Of a stretch of 64,000 nucleotides of DNA, positions 30,661 through 40,128 are shown piece by piece. Within the stretch, counting starts at the first letter, position 1, and every line of letters begins with the position of its first letter. This stretch comes from an uncultured delta proteobacterium. Its GTDB lineage: Bacteria; Myxococcota_A; Polyangia; Palsa-1104. A program made the translations under genes and the position numbers. The notes under the pieces are model-generated. The model saw only the letters and a program-made list of their open reading frames with translations, made no database searches and was not told where the DNA came from. The DNA is taken from the NCBI GenBank assembly GCA_963816965.1, contig CAWFMP010000002.1:109558-173557 (forward strand), written 5' to 3'.

Positions 30661-32124
30661 ATGCGTGCTCACTTTCGCTTCACGCTGCTCGGCGCCCTTG
30701 GTGCGCTCGCGGCGACGGGCTGCTCGCCGACGGGCAATGAGCCCACGGCGACGGGCTCGGCCCGGCTCGTCGTCGCCACGGGACTGGACGGCGCCGATCA
30801 CTCGTGCGCCGTCGTCCTGCGCAGCGTCTCGCGACCGCCGTCGCCGACGGGCGGCGGCTACCTGACCAACTGCCTGCCCGCGGGCTGCTTCTACGTGTGG
30901 GAAGGCACCGTCGATCTCTCCGCCGCCGCCGTCGCCGCGGGCGCGACGCCCACCGTCCAGTACCAGACGACGAGCGTGGAGCCGACCTGGTACAGCGTGC
31001 CGGCCACGCCCATCGACGGTGCCGCCGCCGGCGCGCAGCGCTACGCCTTTCGGATCGACGACCACACCGTCACCGACGGCATGAGCACGACGGTCCTGAT
31101 GAGAACGGTCCTCCAGGTCGAGCCGCTCATCACCATGCCCGACGGCAGCCGCCTGTACGACCACAACCGCAACCCGGGAGCCACCGACAACTACGTGCTC
31201 GACCAGAGCAACTTCTGGTCGATTGCGGAGGCGGGCGCGGCCTGCGCGCCGCCGGCGAGCGCGACGCTGCGCTTTTTGCCGGGCTGGCAGCAGGTGCAGG
31301 AGGGCGCGGTCGTCGCCGGTGGCCAGCTCACGGTGGACTACGATCTGTCGCGCCTGCCGCAATGCAACGGCAGCACCTACCAGGGCGAGCCGGCCTGGGG
31401 GATCTCGGGATACGCGCGCTTCTCGCCGGGTGGACAGCTGCTGACCGGACCGCTCACGCAATACCAGGCGAACGCCGGCGGCTTCGTCGTCGCCGGGACG
31501 CCCTGGACCTTGAGCGTGCCCGCGGACGCGACCGGCGTCGAGCTCTGGTTCGCCACCAGCGGCGAGACCTGCAGCACCTACTGGGACAGCAACTATGGAC
31601 AGAACTACGCCTACCCGGTGGCGAGCGCGCCGACGCCGGCCGGCGTCGCCTGGGCCGGCAACTGGAGCTCGATGGTCTCGCGCGGCTGCATGACGTCCGA
31701 TTGGCTCGACGGCGTCGCCGAGCCGCTGGTGCTCGACAGCTGGGCGCTGACGCGTGCGACCTGCCTCTACGTCGACACCGAGATCTGGGCGCCGGGGCTG
31801 AGCGACGCCGCGGCCGCGCATCCCGAGCTCGTCGCCGCCCAGGTGCAGTTCAGCCGCGACGGCGGACCGCTCGAGACCGGCTGGCTCGACTTCGCCGGCC
31901 GCGTCGGCAACAACTATCGCTATCAGTGGGACCTGCGCCGCTCGGGGATCGACTTCTACTACACGCCGTGGGACGCGATCGCCTACTCCTTCCGCTTCTC
32001 GACCAACGGCAATGACTGGTTCCGCGTCGCGCAGGACGGGGGCCCCGCCGGCGGCGCGGCGCACACGCTGACGCGCGGCGCCGACTTCTGCCCCAGCAGC
32101 TGGGGGAGCGCAAAATGTCCGTAG
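30661..32124 (+). CDS. Secreted lipoprotein with repeated beta-sandwich-like modules (conserved C..WDSxYGxNY motif)
   Basis: Lipobox LGALAATGC. The central module ..LRFLPGWQQV..VDYDLSRLPQC..VELWF..CSTYWDSNYGQNYAYPV is paralogous to the two modules of the next gene. Confidence 0.7.
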   Translation: MRAHFRFTLLGALGALAATGCSPTGNEPTATGSARLVVATGLDGADHSCAVVLRSVSRPPSPTGGGYLTNCLPAGCFYVWEGTVDLSAAAVAAGATPTVQYQTTSVEPTWYSVPATPIDGAAAGAQRYAFRIDDHTVTDGMSTTVLMRTVLQVEPLITMPDGSRLYDHNRNPGATDNYVLDQSNFWSIAEAGAACAPPASATLRFLPGWQQVQEGAVVAGGQLTVDYDLSRLPQCNGSTYQGEPAWGISGYARFSPGGQLLTGPLTQYQANAGGFVVAGTPWTLSVPADATGVELWFATSGETCSTYWDSNYGQNYAYPVASAPTPAGVAWAGNWSSMVSRGCMTSDWLDGVAEPLVLDSWALTRATCLYVDTEIWAPGLSDAAAAHPELVAAQVQFSRDGGPLETGWLDFAGRVGNNYRYQWDLRRSGIDFYYTPWDAIAYSFRFSTNGNDWFRVAQDGGPAGGAAHTLTRGADFCPSSWGSAKCP

Positions 32125-32972
32125 GGAGCAGGAGCGCGAGGTTGATCATGTGCCGCGGGCTCGCCGGCGCGCTGCTCCTCGCCGTCGTCGCGGCGGCGCC
32201 GGCGGCCGGTGCGGCGCCGGGCCCGTCGGGACCGAGCCTGCGGTTCGACGCCGACTGGACCCAGGCCGTCGCGGGGGCGAGCCTGGTCGCCGGTGGCAGC
32301 TTCATCATCGCCTACGATCCGGCGCGCCTGCCCGCCTGCCGCGCCTACCACGACGGCTACCCGGGCTGGCAGATCACCGCGTTCGTGCGCTTCTGGCCCA
32401 GCGGCGCCGTCGCCAGCTACCCGCTGTTCGACCACGCCAGCAGCCCCGACGGTCCCCCCGACTACCACAGCTGGGTCGAGCAGTACCCGGTGGTGACGAT
32501 CCCGGCACAGACGAGCGAGGTCGAGACCTGGTTCCAGAACGTCTCCGGCTTCGACGAGCCGTGCACCGCCTGGGACTCCGACTACGGACGGAACTTCCAC
32601 TTCCCCGTCGTGGTGCCGGCGGCGACGCTGCATTTTCGCGACGACTGGAGCGTCGCCGTCGATGGCGCCCCGCGCGCCGGAGCGCCGCTGGCGATCGACT
32701 ACGACCTGTCGCGCCTGCCGCGCTGCCGCTACCAGTACAACGGGCTCGACGCCTGGAGCCTGGTCGCCTACTACCGCTTCGACGGGGGGCCGATCGCGTC
32801 CGTGCCCGTCACGACCAGCGGCGCCAAGAAGCTGCCCACGCTGGTGCCGCTCGACGTGCCGGGCGACGCGCGCTCGATCGAGCTCTGGTTCGCCAACGGC
32901 GACGACTCCGGCTGCAGCGACTGGGACTCCGACTGGGGCCGAAACTTCTCCTTCCCCCTCGCGAGTCCGTGA
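32115..32972 (+). CDS. Secreted paralogue with two copies of the same module
   Basis: SD GGGGGAG precedes ATG 32115, which overlaps the upstream stop. Signal peptide present. Module 1: LRFDADW..IAYDPARLPAC..CTAWDSDYGRNFHFPV. Module 2: LHFRDDW..IDYDLSRLPRC..CSDWDSDWGRNFSFPL. Confidence 0.7.
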   Translation: MSVGSRSARLIMCRGLAGALLLAVVAAAPAAGAAPGPSGPSLRFDADWTQAVAGASLVAGGSFIIAYDPARLPACRAYHDGYPGWQITAFVRFWPSGAVASYPLFDHASSPDGPPDYHSWVEQYPVVTIPAQTSEVETWFQNVSGFDEPCTAWDSDYGRNFHFPVVVPAATLHFRDDWSVAVDGAPRAGAPLAIDYDLSRLPRCRYQYNGLDAWSLVAYYRFDGGPIASVPVTTSGAKKLPTLVPLDVPGDARSIELWFANGDDSGCSDWDSDWGRNFSFPLASP

Positions 32973-32978
32973 CCGCGG

Positions 32979-33785
32979 CTACCGGGCGCGCGCCAGGTAG
33001 CGCCGCTTGGCGGCGGCGCCGCGGCGCTCGAGCAGCGGGATAAGGCGGCGCAAGAGGCGCGGAAAGAGCGTCGCCAGCGTGGCGAAGGTCCCCGCCGCGG
33101 GCGGCACGAACCGCTCGCGCGCGTCGCCGGTGATGCAGGCGACCACCGCGTCGGCGACGTCGGCGGCGCTCGAGATCGGCTGGCAGAAGACGAGCGACGG
33201 AACGCGGGCGAGATCGCCGGCGAACGACGCCGTGTCGACGGGCCCGGGAGAGACGACCGCGCAGCGCAGATCGCGCCCTTCGAGCTCGCCGGCCAGCGCG
33301 CGGGAAAAGGCGCGCAGCCCCGCCTTGGCCGCGCCGTAGGTGGCCTGCCCGGCGGTGGGCACGATGCCGGCCAGGCTGGCGATGTTGACGATGACCCCGC
33401 CCGGACGCAGCTGGTCGAGCGCGACTCGCGTGAGGAAGATCGGCGCGGTAAGGTCGACCGCGATCATCTCCGCCAGCCGCTCCGGCGACTGCGACCATAC
33501 CGGGCCACGGTGATGCACGCCGGCGTTGTTGACGAGGATGTCGAGGCCGCCGAAGCGATCGACGACGGCGCGCGGCAGCGCCGCGAGCGCCCCCAGGTCG
33601 GTCAGATCGAGCGCAAACGGCGCCGCCGACCCGCCGATCGAGGCCGCCGCCTGCGCCAGGGTCGCCCGGGTGCGCGCCACCATCGCCACCCGCGTGCCCC
33701 GCTGCGCCAGCGCGCGCGCCACGGCGTAGCCGATCCCCCGCGACGCACCGGTCACGAGCGCGACCTTCCCCGCCAGCGCGCTCAT
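32979..33785 (-). CDS. SDR-family oxidoreductase
   Basis: GKVALVTGASRGIG (TGxxxGxG), NNAG, and a YGAAK catalytic motif. The ATG overlaps the MMPL stop (ATGA at 33782-33785). Confidence 0.85.
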   Translation of the reverse strand: MSALAGKVALVTGASRGIGYAVARALAQRGTRVAMVARTRATLAQAAASIGGSAAPFALDLTDLGALAALPRAVVDRFGGLDILVNNAGVHHRGPVWSQSPERLAEMIAVDLTAPIFLTRVALDQLRPGGVIVNIASLAGIVPTAGQATYGAAKAGLRAFSRALAGELEGRDLRCAVVSPGPVDTASFAGDLARVPSLVFCQPISSAADVADAVVACITGDARERFVPPAAGTFATLATLFPRLLRRLIPLLERRGAAAKRRYLARAR

Positions 33786-36058
33786 CGGCGGCCCCGCCAG
33801 CGCGGCCGCCACCAGTTGAGGCGGCCGAGCAGCCCCATCGTCGAGGGCACCAGCAGCATGCGCACCAGCGTCGCATCGAGCGCGATGGCGAGCGCCATGC
33901 CGAGACCGAGCGCCTTGACGAAGACCACCGGCGCGGCGGCGAACGCGGAGAAGACGACGATCATGAGCGCGGCGGCGCCGGTGACGACGCTGCCGGTCTG
34001 CGCCAGGCCGTCGACGATCGCGGCGCGGTTGTCGTGCGTGCGCAGATAGGCCTCGCGGATGCGGCCCAGGATCACCACCTCGTAGTCCATCGACAGGCCG
34101 AAGACCACCGCGAACATGACGACGGGCAGCGAAGCGTCGATGGTGCCGAGCGCGCGATAGTGCAGGAGCGACTGCAGCCGCCCGTCCTGAAAGATGAAGA
34201 CGAGAGCGCCGAAAGAGGCGGTCAGCGACAGCGCGGTCATGAGCATCGCCTTGAGCGGCAGGATGAGCGAGCGGAACGCCCGGTAGAGCACGAAGAACAT
34301 GCTCAGGCCGACCACCAGCAGCATGAGGGGCGCCCGCTGCCGGATCCCCTGCGCGAAGTCGTGCAGCGAGGCGGCCTGGCCGTAGACGACCGTCGTCGCC
34401 TGCGGCGGCGGGGGCACTGCGCGCAGCTCGGTGACCAGACGCTGGCTGGCGGCGGCGTCGGGCGGCGCGCCCGAGATGATGCGCACCAGCGTGTAGCGGC
34501 CGTGAAGGATCGAGCGGAGCGCACGACCCCGCTCCGAGGTCGGGTCGTGGGCGACGCGGTCGAAGAGCGGCGCCAGCGCCTCTGCCGAGGCGCGGTCGTG
34601 GGCGCCCGCGAAGTAGAGGACGCTCTCGACGCGAGCGACGCCGGCGAGGCGCTGGAGGCGACCGACATAGTCCCAGAGCGCGCCCAGCTGATCCTCGTCG
34701 GCAACGTCATCCGGCATGGCGACGACCATCATTACCGGCGTCAGCGTCGTCTCCGGGAAGTCGCGCTCCAGGCGCTCGCTCGTCACCCGCGGCTCGCTGT
34801 TCGCCGGTAGCGCGCGCACGTCGGAGCGCGAAGGCTGCAGGCGCCGGAACGGCAGCGCCAACAGCAACAGCAGCATGGTGACGCCGGCGCAGACCGCGAC
34901 CCGGTGCCCCAGGACGAAACGCGCCAGCCGGCGCCAGTGCCCGGCCGGCGGCGCGGGCGCCCGGGCGCGCTGCCACAGCGACGAGATCCGGCCGCGCTCG
35001 AGGCGCGGGCCCAGGATCGACAGCATCGCCGGCAGCACCACCAGCGCCAGCGTGGCCGACATCAGCACCACGGCCATGCCGCCGACCGCGACCGAGCGGA
35101 GGAACGGCTGGCGGAAGACGAGCAGCCCCGACAGGCTGGCGGCGACGGTGACGCCGGAGAAGAGCACCGAGCGCCCCACGGTGGCGACGGCGCGCGGCAG
35201 CGCCTGCCGGCGTCGCTCGGGCTCGCTGTCGGCGGCGGCGCCGTTCGCCACCTCCTGACGGTAGCGGCTGACGAGGAAGAGCGCGTAGTCGATGGCGGTG
35301 CCGAGCCCGAGGACGGTGACGACGTTGATGGCGAACGCATCGACCGACATGACGTGCGCGAGCAGGGCCAGGATCGCGAGCGCGAGCACGATGCTCAGGC
35401 CGCCGATCAAGAGCGGCATCAGCGCCGCGACGACGCTGCCGAAGATGACGACGAGCAAGAGCGCGGTGAGCGGAAACGCGATGCGCTCGCCGCGCGCGAG
35501 CGACTGCTCCGCCAGGTGCGTGAGCGCGCGCCCCGAGGGCACCAGGCCGCCCAGGAGCGGGCGCACGGTGACAAGGCCGCGCTCGCCGCCCGGGAGCTCG
35601 AGCGCGAGCAGCCGCTCGAGGCGCGGCAGCGCGACCGCCTTGGCCCGGGGGTCGCCGCGCAGGCTGACGACGACGAAGGTGCTGCGGCCGTCGCGCGAGA
35701 CGAAGCGCTGGCCGCCGAGCGTGAGCTCGCTCAGGACGCGCGCGACGGCCGGATCCGCCGCGACGCGCGCGAGCGAGCGGCGCAGGGCGTCGAGCACGTC
35801 GGCGTACCGCACGCTGGGGGCGCGCACCGCGGGCGGCAGCCGGTAGAGCGCGACCACGTCCGCGTCGCCGTCGCCGAAGACCTTGCGTGCCAGCGCCGCC
35901 GCCTGCGTCGACTCGGCCGTCGGATCGTAGAAGACGGCGTAGCCGAGCCTGCCGAAGAGCCCGCGCCCGGACGCGAGCGCCGCCAGGGCGAGCACCGCGC
36001 AGCTCGCCAGCACCCACCAGCGGCGGCGGGCCACGGCCTTCGCAAGACGCTCGAGCAT
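33782..36058 (-). CDS. MMPL-family (RND superfamily) transporter
   Basis: 758 aa with two 6-TM bundles, each preceded by a soluble loop. Blocks such as GLGTAIDYALFLVSRYRQE and GLSMDYEVVILGRIRE are typical of MMPL proteins. Confidence 0.9.
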   Translation of the reverse strand: MLERLAKAVARRRWWVLASCAVLALAALASGRGLFGRLGYAVFYDPTAESTQAAALARKVFGDGDADVVALYRLPPAVRAPSVRYADVLDALRRSLARVAADPAVARVLSELTLGGQRFVSRDGRSTFVVVSLRGDPRAKAVALPRLERLLALELPGGERGLVTVRPLLGGLVPSGRALTHLAEQSLARGERIAFPLTALLLVVIFGSVVAALMPLLIGGLSIVLALAILALLAHVMSVDAFAINVVTVLGLGTAIDYALFLVSRYRQEVANGAAADSEPERRRQALPRAVATVGRSVLFSGVTVAASLSGLLVFRQPFLRSVAVGGMAVVLMSATLALVVLPAMLSILGPRLERGRISSLWQRARAPAPPAGHWRRLARFVLGHRVAVCAGVTMLLLLLALPFRRLQPSRSDVRALPANSEPRVTSERLERDFPETTLTPVMMVVAMPDDVADEDQLGALWDYVGRLQRLAGVARVESVLYFAGAHDRASAEALAPLFDRVAHDPTSERGRALRSILHGRYTLVRIISGAPPDAAASQRLVTELRAVPPPPQATTVVYGQAASLHDFAQGIRQRAPLMLLVVGLSMFFVLYRAFRSLILPLKAMLMTALSLTASFGALVFIFQDGRLQSLLHYRALGTIDASLPVVMFAVVFGLSMDYEVVILGRIREAYLRTHDNRAAIVDGLAQTGSVVTGAAALMIVVFSAFAAAPVVFVKALGLGMALAIALDATLVRMLLVPSTMGLLGRLNWWRPRWRGRR

Positions 36059-36130
36059 GAGGGCAACCTAACGCCCGACGGCCGCGGCGAAAGAGCGGCC
36101 GTCAGGGCAGGTGCGTGCCCGAGCCGGCGC

Positions 36131-36763
36131 TCAACGCGCGCGCGTGGCCTTCCCGACCGCCGCCAGCACGCCGGAGACATCGTGAAACGGACCGAGCAGC
36201 GCTCCGCCCCGGTCGAGCACGAACGCGATCGGATGAGAGAGATCGCTCTCGACACCGAACCGGGAGAACAGCGAGCCGTCGAAGTCGCCGACCAGGTGCC
36301 AGCGGTTCACCACCTCGCTCGAGGCGTCGGCGCCGTGAGCGACCCGACGCTCCCGGCGGTGCTCGCGCGCCTCGGTGGCCGATTGCTTGAGGCGCGACAT
36401 CGCCAGCCGGCGCAGCCAGCCGCCATACGGCCGCACGTCGACGAAGGCCACCGACTCGACGGCGGCATCGAGCAGCCGTTCGTCGACCTCGCGGCCGAAG
36501 GCGACGCTCTCCTTCTGGGCGCGGCGGCTCATGAAGAACAGGATCGTCGTGCGCGCTTGCGTCGGCGGGCCCAGGGCCACGTGCTCGCCGAGGACGCCGT
36601 CGACGTCGAGGCGGACGGCGCTGGCTGCGTCGGCCCTGGCGGCAAAGGCTGCGAGGGCGAGGCCGGCCAGGATGCCAGCGGTGCTGCCGAGACGACGACA
36701 CGGTGACCAACAGAGCGTGTGCAAGGTGCTGTCTGGGGTAGCACGCACCTCACGCGCGCGCAC
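36131..36763 (-). CDS. Hypothetical secreted protein (thioredoxin-fold-like, no CxxC seen)
   Basis: Signal-like GILAGLALAAFAARADA. First gene of the minus-strand unit ending in MMPL and SDR. The start codon is uncertain. Confidence 0.45.
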   Translation of the reverse strand: MRAREVRATPDSTLHTLCWSPCRRLGSTAGILAGLALAAFAARADAASAVRLDVDGVLGEHVALGPPTQARTTILFFMSRRAQKESVAFGREVDERLLDAAVESVAFVDVRPYGGWLRRLAMSRLKQSATEAREHRRERRVAHGADASSEVVNRWHLVGDFDGSLFSRFGVESDLSHPIAFVLDRGGALLGPFHDVSGVLAAVGKATRAR

Positions 36764-36849
36764 GTCGGGGGACGGCGACCCTCGTCACGATCGCGGCGCC
36801 TGTCGGCGCGGCGCGGCGCACGGCACGCGCCTCGCATCGCCCACGGCGC

Positions 36850-37887
36850 ATGAGCCTCTTCGACAGCAGCGAGTTCGATGCGCACGAGCACGTCTCCTTT
36901 TTCGCCGACGACTCGGTCGGGCTGCGCGCGATCGTGGCCATCCATCGCACCGGCTCGCTCGGCACCGCGGGCGGCGGCTGTCGGATGTGGCCGTACGCCG
37001 ATGATTCGCTGGCGCTGCGCGACGCGCTCCGGCTGTCGCGCGCCATGACCTACAAGCTCGCGCTCTTCGAGCTGCCCGCCGGTGGTGCCAAGGCGGTGGT
37101 GATCGGCAATCCGGCGACGGACAAGAGCGAGGCGCTGTTGGAGGCGCTGGGCCGCGCCGTCGATCGACTCGGCGGGCGCTTCATCGTCGGCGAGGACGTG
37201 GGCACCAACAGCGCGGACATGGCCGTGGTCGCGCGATCGACGCTGTGGGTCAGCCGCGGCGGCAATCACGAAGGTGCCGACGCCACCGCCTACGGCGTAG
37301 TCGTGGGGATGCGCGCGGCGCTCAAGCGCCGCCGCGGGCGCGACGATCTCGACGGCGTCAAGGTCGCGGTCCAGGGTCTGGGCCGGGTCGGCTCCGCGCT
37401 GTGCCAAAAGCTCGCCGCGGCGGGCGCGCGCCTGTGGGTCACCGATCTCGATCGCGCCGCCGTCGCCCACGCCGTCGCCGAGTGGCGTGCTATCCCCGTC
37501 GCTCCCGAGGCCATCTTCGACGCCGATGTCGACGTCTTCGCGCCCTGCGCGCTCGCCGACGCGCTCGACGTCGCGACCATCCCACGCCTGCGCTGCAGCG
37601 TCGTCGCCGGCAGCGCGAACAATCAGCTGGCCGACCTGCGCCTGGCCGACGAGCTGGAGCGCCGGCGCATCCTCTACGCGCCCGACTTCGTGGTCAACGC
37701 CGGCGGCGTGCTCGGCGCCGCCGCCGCCGTCGGCGGCGACGAAGCCGCCCTGCGCCGGCGGCTCGACAGCCTGGGCCCGCTGCTCGACGGCGTCTTCGCG
37801 CGCGCCGACCGTGACCACACCTCGCCGCAGGTCGCCGCCGAGCGGATCGCGCGCGAGCGGTTCCAGTCCATGGGCGGGCGCGCATGA
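36850..37887 (+). CDS. Glu/Leu/Phe/Val dehydrogenase family protein (leucine-dehydrogenase-like)
   Basis: AIVAIHRTGSLGTAGGGCRMWPY, catalytic-Lys block LPAGGAKAVV, Rossmann motif VAVQGLGRVGSAL. Confidence 0.85.
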   Translation: MSLFDSSEFDAHEHVSFFADDSVGLRAIVAIHRTGSLGTAGGGCRMWPYADDSLALRDALRLSRAMTYKLALFELPAGGAKAVVIGNPATDKSEALLEALGRAVDRLGGRFIVGEDVGTNSADMAVVARSTLWVSRGGNHEGADATAYGVVVGMRAALKRRRGRDDLDGVKVAVQGLGRVGSALCQKLAAAGARLWVTDLDRAAVAHAVAEWRAIPVAPEAIFDADVDVFAPCALADALDVATIPRLRCSVVAGSANNQLADLRLADELERRRILYAPDFVVNAGGVLGAAAAVGGDEAALRRRLDSLGPLLDGVFARADRDHTSPQVAAERIARERFQSMGGRA

Positions 37888-39059
37888 ACATCCTGGTCAC
37901 CAGCTCGCGCATGCCCTTCGCGCTGGACGAGATCCGCAAGTTCGGCCGCAGCGGCCATCGGGTGTTCGCCGCCGACACCTACTACGCCGCGCCCGGCAGC
38001 CACTCCCGCTGGGTCACCGAGCGCGCGCAGGTGGCCGCTCCACGAGAGAGCGCCGGCGGCTTCATCGCCGACATCGTGCGGCTGGTGCACCGGCTGGCCA
38101 TCGAGCTGGTCGTGCCCTGCTTCGAGGAGGTGTTCTATCTCGCCTACCACGCGCCCGCGCTGTCGCGATGCGTGCGCGTGTTCGCCTCCGAGTTCGCCCT
38201 GTTGTCGCGACTGCACCACAAGGCCTCCTTTCGCCAGCTGGCCCACGAGCTCGCCATCGCCACGCCGGCAACCGCTACCGTAAAGAGCGAGGACGAGCTG
38301 CGGGCCGCGCTGCGTGACTATCCGCGCTACTTCGCGCGCCCGGTCTGGTCGCGCGGCGGCCTCGAGCTGTTCACCAACAGCGGGCCACTCGCCGGAGCGC
38401 TGCGGCTGGCCGACTGCGCGCCGACGGCGGAGCGCCCGTGGATCGTGCAGGAGTACGTCGAGGGCGAGGATCTGTGCAGCTTCAGCGTGGCCCAACACGG
38501 ACGCGTCGTCGCCCACTGCGCCTACATCCACCCGAAGGAGATCGAGCACGCCGGCGGTATCGTCTTCGAGTCGGTCTTCGCCCCCGAGACGCTGGCCTGT
38601 GCGAGCCGGATCGTCGAGGCGACCGGCTATCACGGACAGATCTCGATGGACTTCATCCGCGGCCCGCGCGGGCTGGTCCTGCTCGAGTGCAATCCACGTC
38701 CCACTGCGGGCGTGCACCTGATGCCGGAGGCGATGCTGGTCGACGCGGTGCTCGGCCGCCGCGGCAACGGCCCGGTGGCGGTGACGCCGGCGGGCGTGCG
38801 ACGCATGTATACGGCCGCGCTGGTGCGCGACGCCCTGCTCCATCCCGTGCAGCTGCGGCGCGATCTCTCGTATCTGCTGTCCGAGATCGACGACATCTAC
38901 GGCGAGCGCGGCGATCGCATGCCGGCGCTGTTCCAGCTCCTGTCCTACGGGAGCGTGCTCTCGTACCGGCTGCGTCACCGGGAGCGGACGCGGGCGGGGA
39001 CCAAGCTGGTGGCGGCCTACTTCGACGGCATCACGTGGGACGGGCAGCCGATCCACTGA
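37884..39059 (+). CDS. ATP-grasp domain protein (ligase of unknown specificity)
   Basis: ATG overlaps the dehydrogenase stop (ATGA). WIVQEYVEGEDLCSF and the Mg-binding block LLECNPRPTAG are typical of the ATP-grasp fold. Confidence 0.8.
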   Translation: MNILVTSSRMPFALDEIRKFGRSGHRVFAADTYYAAPGSHSRWVTERAQVAAPRESAGGFIADIVRLVHRLAIELVVPCFEEVFYLAYHAPALSRCVRVFASEFALLSRLHHKASFRQLAHELAIATPATATVKSEDELRAALRDYPRYFARPVWSRGGLELFTNSGPLAGALRLADCAPTAERPWIVQEYVEGEDLCSFSVAQHGRVVAHCAYIHPKEIEHAGGIVFESVFAPETLACASRIVEATGYHGQISMDFIRGPRGLVLLECNPRPTAGVHLMPEAMLVDAVLGRRGNGPVAVTPAGVRRMYTAALVRDALLHPVQLRRDLSYLLSEIDDIYGERGDRMPALFQLLSYGSVLSYRLRHRERTRAGTKLVAAYFDGITWDGQPIH

Positions 39060-39136
39060 AGCGCGCGCGCGCAGGCCCCCCGGTGAAGCGCGCGCGCGCA
39101 GGCCCCCCGGTGAAGCGCGCGCGCGCAGCCCCCCGG
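39057..39136. repeat. 27-bp tandem repeat TGAAGCGCGCGCGCGCAGGCCCCCCGG, 3 copies (the third lacks one G)
   Basis: Units at 39057, 39084 and 39111. The first unit begins with the ATP-grasp stop codon. Each unit contains a (GC)6 tract and a C6 run. Confidence 0.9.
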
Positions 39137-39153
39137 CGCGACACGTCACCCTG

Positions 39154-40053
39154 GTGCTCGGCGCCGGCGGCGCCGTCGGCCGGGCGTTCCACGCCGGCGT
39201 CCTGCGTGCGCTCGTCGACGGCTGCGGCTGGGACGCGGGCGGCGCCAATCTCATCGTCGGAACCTCGGCAGGCGCGCAAGTGGGTGCTCTGTTGCGTCTG
39301 GGCTGGACGGCGCATCGGCTGTTTCGACACACGAGCGCGGCGGCGCCGCCGGCGAGCGCGCCGGCGGTCGAGCCGAGCCTGTCGTGGCCGGCGTCGAAGG
39401 AGTATCTGCGCGCGGTCCTGGCGCGGCCCTGGCTCGCGCGCCTGGGACCGCTCCTGGCCGCCCTTCTGCCCGAGGGAACGGAGGGGGCGGCGCGGCTGGG
39501 CCCGGCGTTCAGCCGCAGCGCGCCGCAGCGCTGGCCGCGGCGGCCGCTGTGGATCCCTGCCGTTCATCTCGACAGCGGCGCATGCGTCGTCTTCGGGCGC
39601 GCGGGCGCACCCGCGGCCGATGTCGCCACCGCGGTGCGCTGCTCGTCGGCGGTGCCGGGCTTGAGCCGGCCGGTCCGCGTCGGCGCCGAGCGCTACGTCG
39701 ACGGCGGCGTCACGTCGCCCACGCACGCGGAGCTGGTGCTCGACGCGGCGCGGGCGGCGGGCGGCGGGCGCAGCGTCGCCGTGGTGCTGTCTCCGCTGTC
39801 CCGCTTCCTGCCGCTGCGACTGTTGTTGCGGTGGGAGCTGCACCCGCTCGCTCGACGTGGGGTCGAGGTGTTGCTCTTCGAGCCCGATCGCGACGTAGCC
39901 GCGGCCATGGGGTGGAACCCGATGAACCCGCGCCACGCTCGCGCGGTGGCCGAGCTCGCGTATCGGATGACGCTCGCGCAGCTGCAGCGGCGCCACGCTG
40001 CCGACGCGGCGAGCCTGCTCGCCGGCGCAGCGGCCGACGACCGAGGTCGTTAG
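39154..40053 (+). CDS. Patatin-like phospholipase
   Basis: GAGGAVG oxyanion motif, GTSAG nucleophile (GxSxG) and YVDGG catalytic Asp motif. The GTG start at 39154 is taken from the ORF track and is uncertain. Confidence 0.8.
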   Translation: MLGAGGAVGRAFHAGVLRALVDGCGWDAGGANLIVGTSAGAQVGALLRLGWTAHRLFRHTSAAAPPASAPAVEPSLSWPASKEYLRAVLARPWLARLGPLLAALLPEGTEGAARLGPAFSRSAPQRWPRRPLWIPAVHLDSGACVVFGRAGAPAADVATAVRCSSAVPGLSRPVRVGAERYVDGGVTSPTHAELVLDAARAAGGGRSVAVVLSPLSRFLPLRLLLRWELHPLARRGVEVLLFEPDRDVAAAMGWNPMNPRHARAVAELAYRMTLAQLQRRHAADAASLLAGAAADDRGR

Positions 40054-40128
40054 TTCGTACTTGGCAGCGCGTCGGAGAGCGCTACCTGGCAACGCTAGGG
40101 CATCGTGCCCGCCAAAGGAGCCATGGCG

